64,000 nt of DNA from the NCBI GenBank assembly GCA_965112735.1, contig OZ218952.1, positions 1,984,001 through 2,048,000 on the forward strand, written 5' to 3'. Numbering within the stretch: position 1 is the stretch's first letter; every line of letters begins with the position of its first letter. This document shows positions 51,252 to 64,000 of this stretch, piece by piece. A model generated the notes under the pieces. The model was not told the origin of the DNA. It searched no databases and was given only the letters and a program-made list of their open reading frames with translations. The translations under genes and the position numbers were made by a program. The stretch comes from Phaeosaccion multiseriatum (taxonomy: Eukaryota > Protista > Ochrophyta, other classes).

Positions 51252-52365
51252 ATGGAGGAAGGGGAGCAGATGATCCCTAGCCCCGATCGGGATAGGAGGT
51301 CCCCAATGAGGAGGCTGGAGGTGGCCCCACTGCTGGTAGGAGCCAACGACAACTGTGTCACAACAGCGACGACGGCCAGCAACAAGAGCAGCGGCGGCAG
51401 TGGTACAATAAAGGGCATGGGGAGGGCGCGGAACAAGATAATGGACGCGTTTGATAACCTGCCGGCTCGGGCGCAGCTCGTCCTCCTCATCGCTGCCGTC
51501 TTCATTTCCTTTATTGCCCACAACAGCCTCCAGGAGCACATCATGCTGGCTGGTTTCCAGTATGGGTGGGTGCTTGGGCTCTTTGAAGTCATGGGAGTGC
51601 TACTTGGCACGAGCGTGGAGAGGCACATCAGCCACGAGACGAAAGGAAGGACGCAACCCCTTGCCTCGTACCTCGGGGTGGGCTGCTGCCTCTTTTTCAG
51701 CAGCTCTCTTAGCAACGTGGCCCTTAACTACATTAACTTCCCGACCAAAGGTGTGTGCCTGCGTCTGCCTCCCATGATTCTGCGTGACTACTTCTGTGCC
51801 GTGAGAGCAAGTCGATGCTGACCCCATTCCGCCCCCATCCACGTGTGTCCCTTTTCCAGGCTCCACTCAAACACACACCAGCCCCCAGCACGAAAACAAC
51901 ACAACACACTGCACACTGCACCCCTCGCTAATAAATACGTCTCCTCGCAACTGGCAATCGCACACAACTGTCGCCTGATCGTGTCCTTCCTACCATCCCT
52001 CAGTGGTGTTTCGCTCGTGCAAGCTGATCCCCACCATGGCTCTGTCCCGCATGTGGAACAAGAATCCCATCAGCGGCATGGACTTCTTGTGTGCCACTCT
52101 CCTGTGCCTCGGCCTCATCATCTTCGGCACGGCGGACGTGTCCGTGAGCCCCAACTTCGACCCGAGAGGCATCATCCTCGTGCTCGGCTCCGTGTGTGCA
52201 GACTCGATACTCCCCAACCTGCAGGTATAAGGAGAGGTACAGCGGCACATGTTAGAGGTGTATGGGTCCAGTGATAGAGGTGTATAGGTACAGGCGTAGA
52301 GGTATACGGGTATCAGACCGATGCATGTGATGCTAGCCGTACACACTTTCCCCAAGGCTGTGCTA

Positions 52366-52413
<48 letters not shown>

Positions 52414-54068
52414 GTGGTGGTGGTGGTGCAGCTGCAGCTGCTGCTTCTGCTACCACCCCCCCTGCTGCTGCCCCCCTCGTGCCCCTCCTCCTCCTCCTCC
52501 TCCTTCTCCTCCTGCTACTGCTGCACTACTCCTCCAGCTGAGCTGCTGACCCCCCCACCCCCCGCCCCCTTGCTGCTTGCCGCTGCCCCTCGCTCCAACC
52601 GCAGGAGCGTCTGTTCGAGAACGGGGCGGGCAGGTCGGAGGTGACCTACTACAGCAATATCTTCAGCATCGTCGCCATGCTGTTGGTTCTCTGGGTCATT
52701 GGAGACCTAGGAGGGGCGGTGGTGTTTGCCATGGCCAACCCACATGTGCGCAATCTTATGGTGCTCTACGCAGGTGGGAGAGGAAAGAAAGAGGGGAAGG
52801 ATTCAGTAAGAAACTGAAGCTGAATAGAGGGCGAAGACGAGAGCAAGACAGAAAGAGAGAGAGAGAGAGAGGGCGAAGACGAGAGAAAGAGAGAGACGGA
52901 GAGAGAGAGAGGCACGAGGAAGAGAAGGAAAAGGAGAAAAGTGGGAGATGGGCTTTTGGAGAAAGGAGAGAGAGAGATCCTGTAGCGCCCCTGACCTCAC
53001 CCCCACCCTCGCCCCCACCTGGGCACTTTGTGACCCCCCCCCTCACTCACTCACTCCCTCCCTCACTCACTCCCTCACTCACTCACTCACTCCCTCGCTC
53101 ACTCACTCACTCCCTCGCTCACTCACTCACACTCTCGCTCGCTCACTCACTCACTCACTCCCTCGCTCACTCACTCACTCACGCACGCACTCACGCACTC
53201 ACTCACTCCCTCACTCACTCACTCACTCACTCCCTTCCTCACTCACTCACTCACTCCCTTCCTCACTCACTCACTCACTCACTCACTCACTCGCTCACTC
53301 ACTCACTCACTCACGCACTCACTCACTCACACCCTTGCTCACTCACTCACTCACTCCCTCGCTCACTCACTCACGCACTCACTCACTCCCTCACTCACTC
53401 ACTCTCTCACTCACTCACTCCCTTCCTCACCCACTCACTCACGCACTCACTCACTCACTCACTCACGCACACACTCACGCACTCACTCACCCAGTCGCTC
53501 ACCCACTCGCTCACTTACTCACTCACCCACTCACTTCCTCACTCACTCACTCACTCACTATCCCCCCTCCCTCCCTCACTCAATCACTCACTCACCATAC
53601 ACTCACTCACTCGCTCACTCCCTCACTCACTCACTCACTCACGCACTCACTCACTCACTCACTCCCTCACTCACTCCCTCACTCACTCACCCACTCACTC
53701 ACTCCCTCACTCCCTCACTCACTCCCTCACTCACTCACTCACTCGCTCTCCCTCCTCCCTCCTCCCTACATCCCTCAGTTGTGGCATATTTCGCCGTCTT
53801 TTGTTACATGAACCTCATCTTCCGCTTCGGTGGAGTAACGGCCGTGCTGGTGGGCAACACACGCAAGGCAGCCACGGTGATGCTGTCCTTCGTACTCTTC
53901 CCCAAGCCCTTTACTTACAATTATGTCAGCGGAGGCTTGTTGGTTGTAGCGGGGCTGTTTGGCCACATTCGAGTGCAGCAGAAGGAGCCGTTGAATGGCC
54001 GGACGGGCTCAAAAGGGTCCAGCAGGAGGAGGGTAGAGTTGAGGGAGAGGGAGAGAGAGAGAGACTAG
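51252..54068 (+). CDS. SLC35B3: UAA-family nucleotide-sugar/PAPS transporter (SLC35B3-like)
   Basis: LQEHIM..GFQYGW, LSNVALNYINFPTK-VVFRSCKLIPTM, ADSILPNLQERLF, RKAATVMLSFVLFPKPF. 3' end uncertain. Confidence 0.85.
53040..53745. repeat. Degenerate (CACT)n intronic satellite
   Basis: Seen directly. Confidence 0.95.
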
Positions 54069-54526
54069 ACGCTCCACTCACCCTCTCACGGGGCTGATCA
54101 TGATCATGATCATGGCCGTCATGCGAGTGCTGCTGGTGTGCGGAGAGTGGTGCTGAAGAGACGCCACCATCTCCACCACGGGACCTCGTCCTCCCAGCAG
54201 AGAGATGTGAGAAATGGGATAGAAATGATATAGATGGGATGAGAAGATGAAAACTGATGAAACAGACAGGAAGAAAGCAGCAGCCGTAGCAGCAGCAGCG
54301 GCAACAGTGGCAGCAGCAGCAGGCGACAGCGGCGGCCCTTTGGGATCTGTCATTCCGGCGGGACAGGCTCGGGACGGCGGAGAGGAGTAATGCCACCCCC
54401 AGCAGCGGGGTGGGGGGGGGTCGGCTCATCATCATGGCTCATCATCACGGCTCATACTCTCGTCGGATCACCACAGAGGGTACATGGATGGATGGGAGAG
54501 GCGGGCGAAGGCCGGCAGCAGCAGTG

Positions 54527-54783
54527 TCAACCCCTGATACACTATCGCCCACATTCTCGATAGCGCGCTATCGGGCCCCGGGGGGGCGGATAGCGCGCCG
54601 GCTGGCGCCGGCCGATAGCGGATAGCGCGCCGGCTGGCGCCGGCGATAGCGGATAGCGCACCGGCTGGCGCCGGGCGATAGCGGATAGCGTGCGCCTCGG
54701 CGATAGCGGATAGCGTGCGCCTCGGCGATAGCGGATAGCTGGCGCCAGCGATAGCGGATAGCGGATAGTGTATCAGGGGTTGA
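54527..54783. mobile_element. MITE-C: 20-bp TIRs, 6-bp TSD GCAGTG
   Basis: TCAACCCCTGATACACTATC...GATAGTGTATCAGGGGTTGA; GCAGTG at 54521-54526 and 54784-54789; internal GATAGCGGATAGC repeats. Confidence 0.93.
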
Positions 54784-55339
54784 GCAGTGGCAGTAGAAGC
54801 AGGGAATAGGATAATTATGTCAACGAATCTCGACCTCGAAATCTGTTTCCCGGGTCTTCCCTTCTCTCCTCGCCTAAAAAAAAAAGCAAAAGGAGAGAGG
54901 GAGCATAGCTTTCAGCATGGATCACCTCGTGGACTGGTCCTTCGCCAGCCCCGGCTACCCGGTATGGGTGTCGGATCAGGTGAGACAGAGGTTTTGAAGG
55001 GGTGGGAGGATTGTAAAACTCCTCTCTTCAATCTCCCCAACTGCTCGTTTTGGCTTCACCAAACACGAATCCTGTCCCATGAACTGGCAAGCCCTACTCC
55101 CTGCCCCTTGGTGTGGAGATGGAGATTGCAAGACCCTGTTCCTGTCAGAGGTCGCTCTGCAACTTGTGTGGCGAGGGGGAAACTTCAAGGGCGTTCGGTG
55201 AATTGGTGCATCGCGGTATAGGTCGACGGCATAGATGTCATGAAGAAGGGGAGACGTGATACTGAGAAGGCGCAGTGCAGAGAGCACATGCTGATAGACC
55301 TTCGGGTGGTCGTGATGGCTGTCCCTCTGTGAAGAAAAA

Positions 55340-56450
55340 ATGGAGCTTTTGCGGGACTTTGTCGTGCTGCCACCAGTACCCCAAGCACAGCCTCTCTACC
55401 TGCAGAGGCGAACCAGGAGCAGTAACAGCAGTAGCAGCAGCAGGCCTCTGCAAGCTGGGACTTCACATGTTGTTTTGTCTTCGCTTTGGCATGGCCCGAG
55501 GGTGCCGTAGGTCCTTTGAGTTCACCGACTTGCTCTCTTTGTCTTCCTCGTCCTCGTCGCCCTCTCCCCGCACTGCTCCGGCATGTGTCTTGACTTTGTC
55601 TCTCTCTCCCCTTGCTAATGTAATACCGCCGTGTGCGAATCTCCCTCGTGTCCAACAGGGCGAGGCCTTTCTCGAGGCCAAGATCGACAGCATCAGCGAC
55701 AGCATCGTCACCGTGACCACGGCTGGCAACAAGAGCCTGGTCATCGACACCCTCCTCCCCACCAAGACGACACCCAAATCCGGCAAGGGAGTGGAGCAAA
55801 CTCGAAGGCTGCTGCCGAGGAGGTGAGAAGACGGACGGACTTCAGAGAAGATTATGACGATGGGTGGTGGTGGTGGTGGTGGTGGTGGTGGTGGTGGTGA
55901 TGCTGAGAATAGACAGACAGACAGGCTGATGTCTGACTGGAAGAGTACCTTACACTGGACTCCTCACCTCTGCCACTCTCCTCCACTCTACTTAACTCCA
56001 CTCACCACTTTCTTTCCGTCACCCTTTCACACCCCTCCCCCCCGCCCTCCCACGCACAGCCCAGCCCAACCCAACCCAACCCAACCCAACCCAACCCAAC
56101 CAAAACTCCTCCCTCCCTCACCCCTCACCCCCCCTCACCCCCTCCCTCACTGCCTCCTCGTGCTGCAGCACGGAGCTCCAGGTGGAGGGCACCGAGAACA
56201 TGGACGATCTTCATCCGCTCAATGAGGCGAGCATCCTTAAGAACGTGGAGCAGCGCTATCGACTCGATTTCATTTATACACGGACGGGTGAGGCAGAGGA
56301 GCGGGCAGGGGAGGGAAGGAGGGGGGGGAGGGGGGGCAAGGCAAGGCAGGGCAGGGGAGGGGAGGGGAGGGTGGGGGGGGGTAGTGGGGGGAGGGAGTGG
56401 AGGGAGGCGAGGGAGGGAAGGATGGGGGGAGGCGACTCCTCCCCCTACTT

Positions 56451-56503
<53 letters not shown>

Positions 56504-58237
56504 GCTACTACTACTGCTGCTGCTACTACTACTATTGCTGCTGCTACTACTACTACTTCTACTTCTACTACTACTGCTACTACTACTAACCGCCCGGGCC
56601 CTCCTGCTCCTCCTCCTGCTGCTGCCCCATCGGTCTTGTCCGCCCTCTCCCTCCCTCCCTCCCTCCCTCCCAGGGCCCATCCTCATTGCCATGAACCCGT
56701 TCAAGCAGCTACCCATCTACCACGACCGAATCATCAAGATGTATCACAACAGACCCTACGGTGAGGAGAGAGGGAGCGAGAGAGACAGAGAGAAGGAGAT
56801 GTAACGCACTGAGGTTGTTGACGTTATGCTCCCTCCTTCGGCCGGCCTGCGTGGGCCTTCTTCCATCTCCCTCTCTCCCTCCCTCCCTCCCTCCCTCCCT
56901 CCCTCCCTCCCTCCCTCCCCCCCTGTGGGTGCCTCATCAGGCACACTGCCGCCCCACTGCTACCAGGAGGCCGAAGACATGTTCCAGAAAATGATACACG
57001 AGGGACAAAATCAGGTCAGTCAGTCAGTCAGTCAGTCAGTCAGTCAGGGGTGTCAGGATTTGTCAGGCCAAAGTCTCAGGCCAAAGGGGAAAGGCCACGA
57101 GGCCTGAGAGAATGACAACTCTAGTGCATGCCGCTGCCCTGTTTCCTGCACTGGGTCCCTCCATGTCTCCCTTCCTCCCTCCCTCACTCCCTCCGTCCCT
57201 CCCTCCCTCCTTCCCTCCCTCCCCCCCCCCCCCCCCCCCCCCTCCCTCCCTCCCTCCCTCCCTCCCTCCCTCCTTTCCTCCCTCCCTTCCTCCCTCCCTC
57301 CCTTCCCCCCCTCCCCTCTCCCCTCCTACGCCCCTCCCTCCTACCCTTCCCCTCTCCCCTCCTGCCCCCCTCCCTCCTACCCTTCCCCTCCCCCTTCCTG
57401 CCCCTCCCCTCTCCATTCCTGCCCCCCTCCCCCATATGCCTTTCCCTCCAGAGCGTGATCATCTGTGGAGAGAGCGGGGCGGGGAAAACTGAGGTGCGTG
57501 TGCGTGCGTGTGTGTGTGTGTGTGTGTGTGCGTGTGTGTGTGTGTGCGTAAGGTTTGTCTTTTGACAGAGGTCAAAGCAAGAACAAAGAGCCTTGGGCTC
57601 GGGGTCAGGGGGAAGCGTCTTCATTCCTTCCTCTCTTCCTTTCTCCCATGCTTACATCCTCCCCTCCACCCGTCTTTCTCTCTCTCCCCCTCTCTTCCTC
57701 TCTCTCTCTCTCTCTCTCCCTCTTTCTCTCGCCCTATCTCTCTCTCTCCCTCTTTCTCTCTCTCTCTCTCCCTCTCTCTCTCCTGCAAATTACAGACAAC
57801 AAAGAAGATGTTACATTTCATCTCCACAGTCGCCAAACAAAAGGCCGACGCGTCCACCGAGGGAGGAGGGGGCGGGGAGGCTTCCTTGACGCTCGGAGAG
57901 AGGATGGTCGACTCGAACAGTCTCACAGAGGCCTTTGGGAATGCCAAGACGGTGCGCAACAGTAACTCGTCTCGCTTCGGCAAGTTTACCCTCTTCAACT
58001 TCTCGGCGCGAAACACGATCACAGGGGGCCGAATCCGCACTTTCTTGCTGGAGAAGAGCCGAGTGTCGAGGCAGTCCAGCGACGAGAGGAACTACCACAT
58101 CTTCTATCAGGTGTGTGTAACTGTCACACTGTAACTGTCGCACTGTAACTGTCGCACTGCAAACTGTCGCACTGTTATTGCTTGGGGGGTAAAGGTGGGG
58201 TTGGGCTTGGGTTGGTCGTAGAGGGAGGAGGAGTGTG

Positions 58238-58268
<31 letters not shown>

Positions 58269-59464
58269 TATGTGTGTCAAACTCTCCTCTCAGCTGTTGC
58301 CCGTCCTTCTGACTCTTCTCCTCATGTCTTTCTCACTCACTCCCTCCCTCTCTCCCTCCCTTTCTTCTTCCCTTCCTTTCTTCCTCCCCCCTCCCCCCTC
58401 CCTCCCTCCTCTGCTCAGCTACTGGAGGGCGCCCCTGCTGAGTGGCGGGAGCGCATGAAGCTGCTGGACGTGATGGACTTCCATTACCTCAATCAGAGCG
58501 GATGTACAGCCCTGCAGGGAGTTGATGATGGAGAGGCATTCGATCAGACTTGCGACGCCATGGAGAAGGTCAGATTGATACATGTGTAGAGAGAGAAGGA
58601 GAGAGAGAAAGAGGGAAAGAAGAGAGAGAGGGAGAAAAAAAGAGAGAGAAAGAGGGAGAGAAAGAGAGAGAGAGAAGAGGGGGATGGGCAAAGGGGGTGA
58701 TGGCAGGCATGCACAGGCGTATGGGCGGGAAGGCTCTTTGCTCAGCTGTTCTCCTCGGACTCACTCACTCACTCACTCACTCACTCATTCACTCCCTCAT
58801 TCATTCATTCACTCACTCACTTGCTCATTCACTCACTCACTCACTCACTTGCTCATTCACTCACTCACTCACTCACTCGTGGACTGACGACCTCGCATGA
58901 CCTTCGCTGACATATGACTTACAGGTGAACATCATGGCGGATGACCAAGCCGCGGTGTTCGAGGTGGTGGCAGGCGTGTTGCACCTCGGCAACATCGACT
59001 TCACCTCCTCTGCAGACGGAGAGAGCTGCACACCCACAGAGCCCACCAAGGTGAGAAGGAGGGAGGGGAGGGAGAGGCGAGGGAGGGAAGGGGAGGGAGG
59101 GAGGCAGAGAGGGAGGGGGAGGGGAGGGGAGGGAGGGAGGGAGGGGAGAGAGGGAGAGACGGAGAGACGGAGGGGAGGGAGGGAGGGAGGGAGGGATGAA
59201 CCACTGTGAGTGGTCAATGCCGCTCTGTGAGGTGTAGTGGTCGCTTCCTCTCACATGTACAACTTGCTGTACCTCCGTCCTCTTCCTCCTCCTCCTCCTC
59301 CTCCTCCTCCTCCTCCTCTGCTGCTCTATTCTCCCATCACAACAGATGGCGACTGCTGCCCTTGTGCTGGGGGTGGATGTGAAGGACATGGAGGAGGCTC
59401 TTACGACACGAGTGCGAGTGGTGCCGCCCAACAATCAGGGTAAGGAGGGACATGGAGGGGATGG

Positions 59465-59495
<31 letters not shown>

Positions 59496-59864
59496 ACAAC
59501 GAGAGTACGGAGGGGGGTGGAAAGGATGGAAGGCAAGAGAGTTTCGTTGCGTGTGAGTGCGTGTGTGTGTGCACACCCTCCCTACCTACTCCCATTACTG
59601 ACTTACTACGGGCCTGCTGCTCCTGCCGATATGTACCTCCAACTGCTTCACATACCCTCTCAGTGGTGGTGTCTCCCCAGACCGCGGCCCAGTCCCGAGA
59701 CAGCCGTGATGCCCTGGCCAAGGCCCTCTACAGCACCCTCTTCGACCTTCTCGTGCGCCGCACCAATGAGACCTTTGACGTGCAACAGGCTGACGACGAC
59801 TGCTTATGGATCGGCATCCTTGACATATTCGGCTTTGAGGACCTCACACCCAACGGGTGCGTAC

Positions 59865-59921
<57 letters not shown>

Positions 59922-59974
59922 GTCTTTTCCTCCCCTCCCCCTCTCCCTCTCTCCTCTCTCTCTACCTTTCTCCT

Positions 59975-60035
<61 letters not shown>

Positions 60036-60036
60036 C

Positions 60037-60079
<43 letters not shown>

Positions 60080-61599
60080 CCTCTCTCTCTTCCTCGCGCT
60101 TGTCCGCCTGTCATGTTGGCGTGCCAATGCCCAACACCCAATGGTGTTTGGAGTGTTTTGTGTACACTGTCCCTCATCCGCCATCCACTGCCATCCCTCC
60201 TCCTCAGATTCGAGCAAGTGTTCATTAACTACACCAACGAGCGGCTCCAAGCCCTGTTCAATGAGGCAACTTTCCGCAAGGAGGTGGAGGAGTACACAAG
60301 AGAGCAGATACCTTTCGACAGGTAGGAGGAGGGGGGGGTGGGGGGGTGGGGAGGGGGAGGGGGGAGAGAGGGAAAGAGGGGGGGGGAGAGGGAGAGGGAG
60401 AGGGAGAGAGCGAGGGGAAAGGAGGGGGAGAGAGAGAGAAAGAGAGCGAGAGAGCGAAGGGAAAGGAGGGGGAGAGAGATAGAGAGAGAGCGAGAGAGCG
60501 AAGGGAAAGGAGGGGGAGAGAGAGAGAGAGAGAGAGTGAGAGAGCGAAGGGAAAGGAGGGGGAGAGAATGCCTAAGGCCAAGGCTGACGCTGCCCTCATG
60601 TCCTCTCCCCCTACTCCTCTCCTCAGAATGGATTTCCCGGACAACAAGCCGTGCCTGGACATGATCGACTCCAAGCCGATGGGCCTCCTGCCCATCCTTG
60701 ACAGCGAGTGCCTCAGGGGGGCAGTGGCCACGGACGATGGCCTCGTTGCCAAGGTAAGGCGAAGGCGGGTGCGGGCAGGGCAGGCATATGGGCACACAAG
60801 CGTATGGGGAGGCGTTTTGGAAATGTAACCGATACGCTGTAGCGCTATGCGGTACCCACACACTTGTATGTATGCCTATATGCCTCTTTCTGTATATGTA
60901 TATGACCCCCATCCCACATTACTGTCGAATGGATCGACTCGGGTTGTTTGTCCTCTGCCCACCCCAACCACCTTCAATCACCCCCCCAAACAGTACCACA
61001 AGCAGTTCAAGAGCCATCCCAACTACGCTGCCTGTGGGGCCGCCTCCTCCATGCGCCACAAGGACGGCAGACTCACAGATGGACACGAATTCGTCATCCG
61101 ACACTACGCAGGTGCGTGTTGTGTGTGTCACATTTTTGGGCACTTTTTGAGAGAGCTTTTGAGAGAGCACGTTGAGGGGGTATAGGGAGGGAAGGAGGGA
61201 AGGGAAGGAAGAGAGGGGTCAAGGGAGAGCCCTTCCCTCCCTCGAAAGGTGTGTAGGGAGGGAAGGAGGAAGGGAAGGAAGAGAGGGGTCAAGGGAGAGC
61301 CCTTCCCTCCCTCGCAGACGAAACTCATGCTCAAATTCAAAATGATCCGCAATTTACAATTTGCACAAGTGTGCACTGAAACTGACACTGAAATTGAAAC
61401 TGTCCCACCGTGCGGTGGGTTGGCCCCTCAACACTTGCAACAGGCCCGATCATCTACGACACCACGGGCTTCATCGCCAAGAACAGGGACTCCCTCCTCG
61501 ACAACTTGCACGATGTCATGGCCAGGAGCGACCACAGCCTTGTGAGGGAACTCTTCCCCACCAGAGACACGGGGGCAGCCGCCACCAAGAGCGCCGGCC

Positions 61600-61658
<59 letters not shown>

Positions 61659-64000
61659 TGTATGTGTCTGTATGTGTCAGTGTGTGTCTGTGTGTCTGTA
61701 TGTGTCAGTGTGTGTCTGTGTGTGAGTCTGTGTGTGTGTCTGTGTGTCTCTGTGTGTGTCTGTATGTGTCTGTATGTGTCCGTGTGAGTCTGTGTGTGTT
61801 TTGTGTGTGTTGTGTGTGTGTGTGTGTATGTGTGTGTTGTTTGTCTCTGTGTGTCTGTGCGTGTGTGTGTGGGGGGCGGGGGGTTGAGGTGCTCACGTTT
61901 ATGTCCTACTACATTGTACTCAACACTCCCTCCCTCCCTCCCTCCCTCTCTTTCTCTCCCTCCCCCCACCCCCAGACGGTGGCTAACCGCTTCACCAGCA
62001 GCTTGAACTCTCTAACGGCTGTGATTGGGCTGTCTGAAACGCGCTTCGTGCGGTGCATCAAAACGAACTCCGCCTTCAAACCACAAATCTTCGACAAGCC
62101 CGCCGTGCTCAGGCAGCTCATCACATCAGGTGCATGACAAGTCAATTTGGGGGGTGGGGTAGTAAGTCAATGGGTGGGTAGTAAGTCAATGGGTGGGGTA
62201 GTAAGTCAATGGGCGGGTAGTAAGTCAAAGTGTGTTGTGAGTGTCCTATTCAATCTCATGCCATGCCATCTCACCCGCATACCTCCCTCCACTACCCCCC
62301 CCTACCCATTGACTTACTATCCACCCATTGACTTATTGTCCACCCATTGACTTACTATCCACCCACTGACTCATGTACCTCCCTCCACTACCCCCCCCCC
62401 TAGGCGTGATGGCTGCCCTGGAGATCCGCCGTGCTGGCTACCCCACTCGCATGCTCTACCAGGACTTTGTCAAGGAGTTTCGCGTGTTTCACGTCAGCGA
62501 CTCCAAGCTGGACGAGGCAACGAAGGCCTTTGGCGGGGGGGGGCATCACCGATCGAGGAGTCAGCTCGCCGCCACGGCAACAGGGCAGGGGGACAAGGCA
62601 GAGGCGGCACGCATGATGACGCATCCTGAAGTGGTCCAGGTTAGTGGGTGTCAGGACAGAGGGTGGGTCAAGCTTAGTGGGTGTCACGACAGGACAGAGG
62701 GTGGGTCAAGCTTAGTGGGTTTCAGGAAAGAGGATGGGTGTGGGTGTGGGTGGGGTGTGCGTGTGCGTGTGTGTGTATATGTGTGTGAGCGGAGGGAGTT
62801 TGGTGTGTGTGTGTGTGCGTGTGCGTGTGCGTGCGCGTGCGTGAGAGGGTGCAGGGAGAGCGGAATGTCTTGACTGTGTGTTGGCGCTTATCTTACAAGG
62901 GAAGGGGGTAGGTAGGGTAGAAAGTGAGCGCGGCAAGGACAAAGGGAAAGAGAGAAAAGAAAAGCCTCACCTAGCTCTCAAGTGGACCTTTGTCTTTACT
63001 CTCTTCCCCCTTTCCCCTGCCTTGCCTCTAACCTCTCACACCCCCTCCCTCTGGCCAGGTGGTGAAGAGCTCTCAGTACCGCCTGGGCCTGACCAAGATG
63101 TTCTTCGCTGCCGACGTGCTCGTGGCCCTCTCGCATGTTAAGAACTCGCGCCTCGTGCCGCACGTTGTCAAGATTCAGAAGTGGTGGCTTATCAAACAGG
63201 TACGTACGTATGGGCGTGTTGGTGATAAACATATATAGGAGATGGTGGTGTCACAGATGGCAAGGTTGAGAAGTGGTGGCTCATCTCCTTAGGTTACAGT
63301 GGTATCGTATGGGCGTTGGTGATATGAGGGAGTGAGACGGTGGTCACAGATGGTTCACAGATGGTATGAAGACATGGTCACAGATGGCATGAAGACAAGA
63401 AGATGATCACACATAGTCAGGAAGAAGGGGGAGGCAGGGGGGCCCACATTTCTCTCACGCCTTACATCATGTTCACCATACTTACTACTACGTAGTACTT
63501 TGCTACTGCTGGGCTGTATCAAAACTAACGGCTGTATGACCAACTGCTCTACTTACTCGAGTAGGAACGCATCCTGGAGCACAAGCTGACGCGAGCCAAA
63601 AAGCTCGTCAACGACGCCGTCACCCTCGCCACCATACACGGTGTTCAAGACGTCAGCGCCGTCAGGAACAGCCTAGAGGTTAGTGAGTGAGTCACTAGCC
63701 CAGTTGGTGATACGTCAGGGCAGTTGGGAGGGTCAGCAGTTGGTGATACGGTAGGGCTCTGCAGTCGGGGGTGATACGGCAGCAGAGCAGGGAGATGCAC
63801 TTTACTTCCACCCTCTCCCCATCTTTCCCCATCCATTGCCATCCGCCCCTCATTTCCATCCCTCCCTCTCCATCCATTGCCATCCCTCCCTCTCCATCCA
63901 TTGCCATCCCTCCCTCTCTCATTTCCATCCCTCCCTCTCCATCCATTGCCATCCCTCCCTCTCATTTCCATCCCCCCCTCTCCATCCATTGCCATCCCTC
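55340..64000 (+). CDS. Myosin heavy chain (motor domain + IQ), continues past the window
   Basis: [106 protein letters not shown]. Start codon tentative. Confidence 0.95.
63815..64000. repeat. ~24-bp minisatellite (CCATCCCTCCCTCTCCATCCATTG) in a myosin intron
   Basis: Seen directly. Confidence 0.9.

Noticed and set aside
54560-54770. CRISPR-like repeat array
   Set aside because: Spacers are short and repetitive, the array lies inside TIRs with a TSD, context is eukaryotic and there are no cas genes; the same applies to 40640-40790.

Overview
Eukaryotic nuclear DNA: GC-rich, GT-AG introns full of microsatellites, most likely a photosynthetic stramenopile (a Ycf49-type gene has a signal peptide + Phe bipartite plastid leader). 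The first ~14.6 kb is an accessory, repeat-rich island. It holds a spliced gene predicted to encode a two-motif LAGLIDADG-like endonuclease domain behind a Cys/His motif, a degenerate sulfite oxidase pseudogene, and a ~7 kb CCTT/CCCT satellite containing a young internally deleted gypsy-like LTR element and a probable solo LTR. An intron-containing tRNA-Ala(AGC) and a relic RLE-type non-LTR retrotransposon split by a MITE follow. The rest is gene-dense: two inverted paralogues of an unknown PWWP/Tudor-like protein, DDX24/MAK5 helicase, an RBR E3 ligase, ATG14-like, Ycf49/DUF3593, an intronless FNIP-repeat gene, a multi-pass membrane protein, mitochondrial rpS6, a TPR protein, an SLC35B3-like transporter and a myosin running off the right edge. 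The two best leads are the nuclear LAGLIDADG-like gene with both putative catalytic Asp residues kept, and three MITE families sharing one design (TCRRCCC ends, 6-bp TSD, family-specific 7-mer). Exon models and protein calls come from reading motifs by eye; no searches were run.
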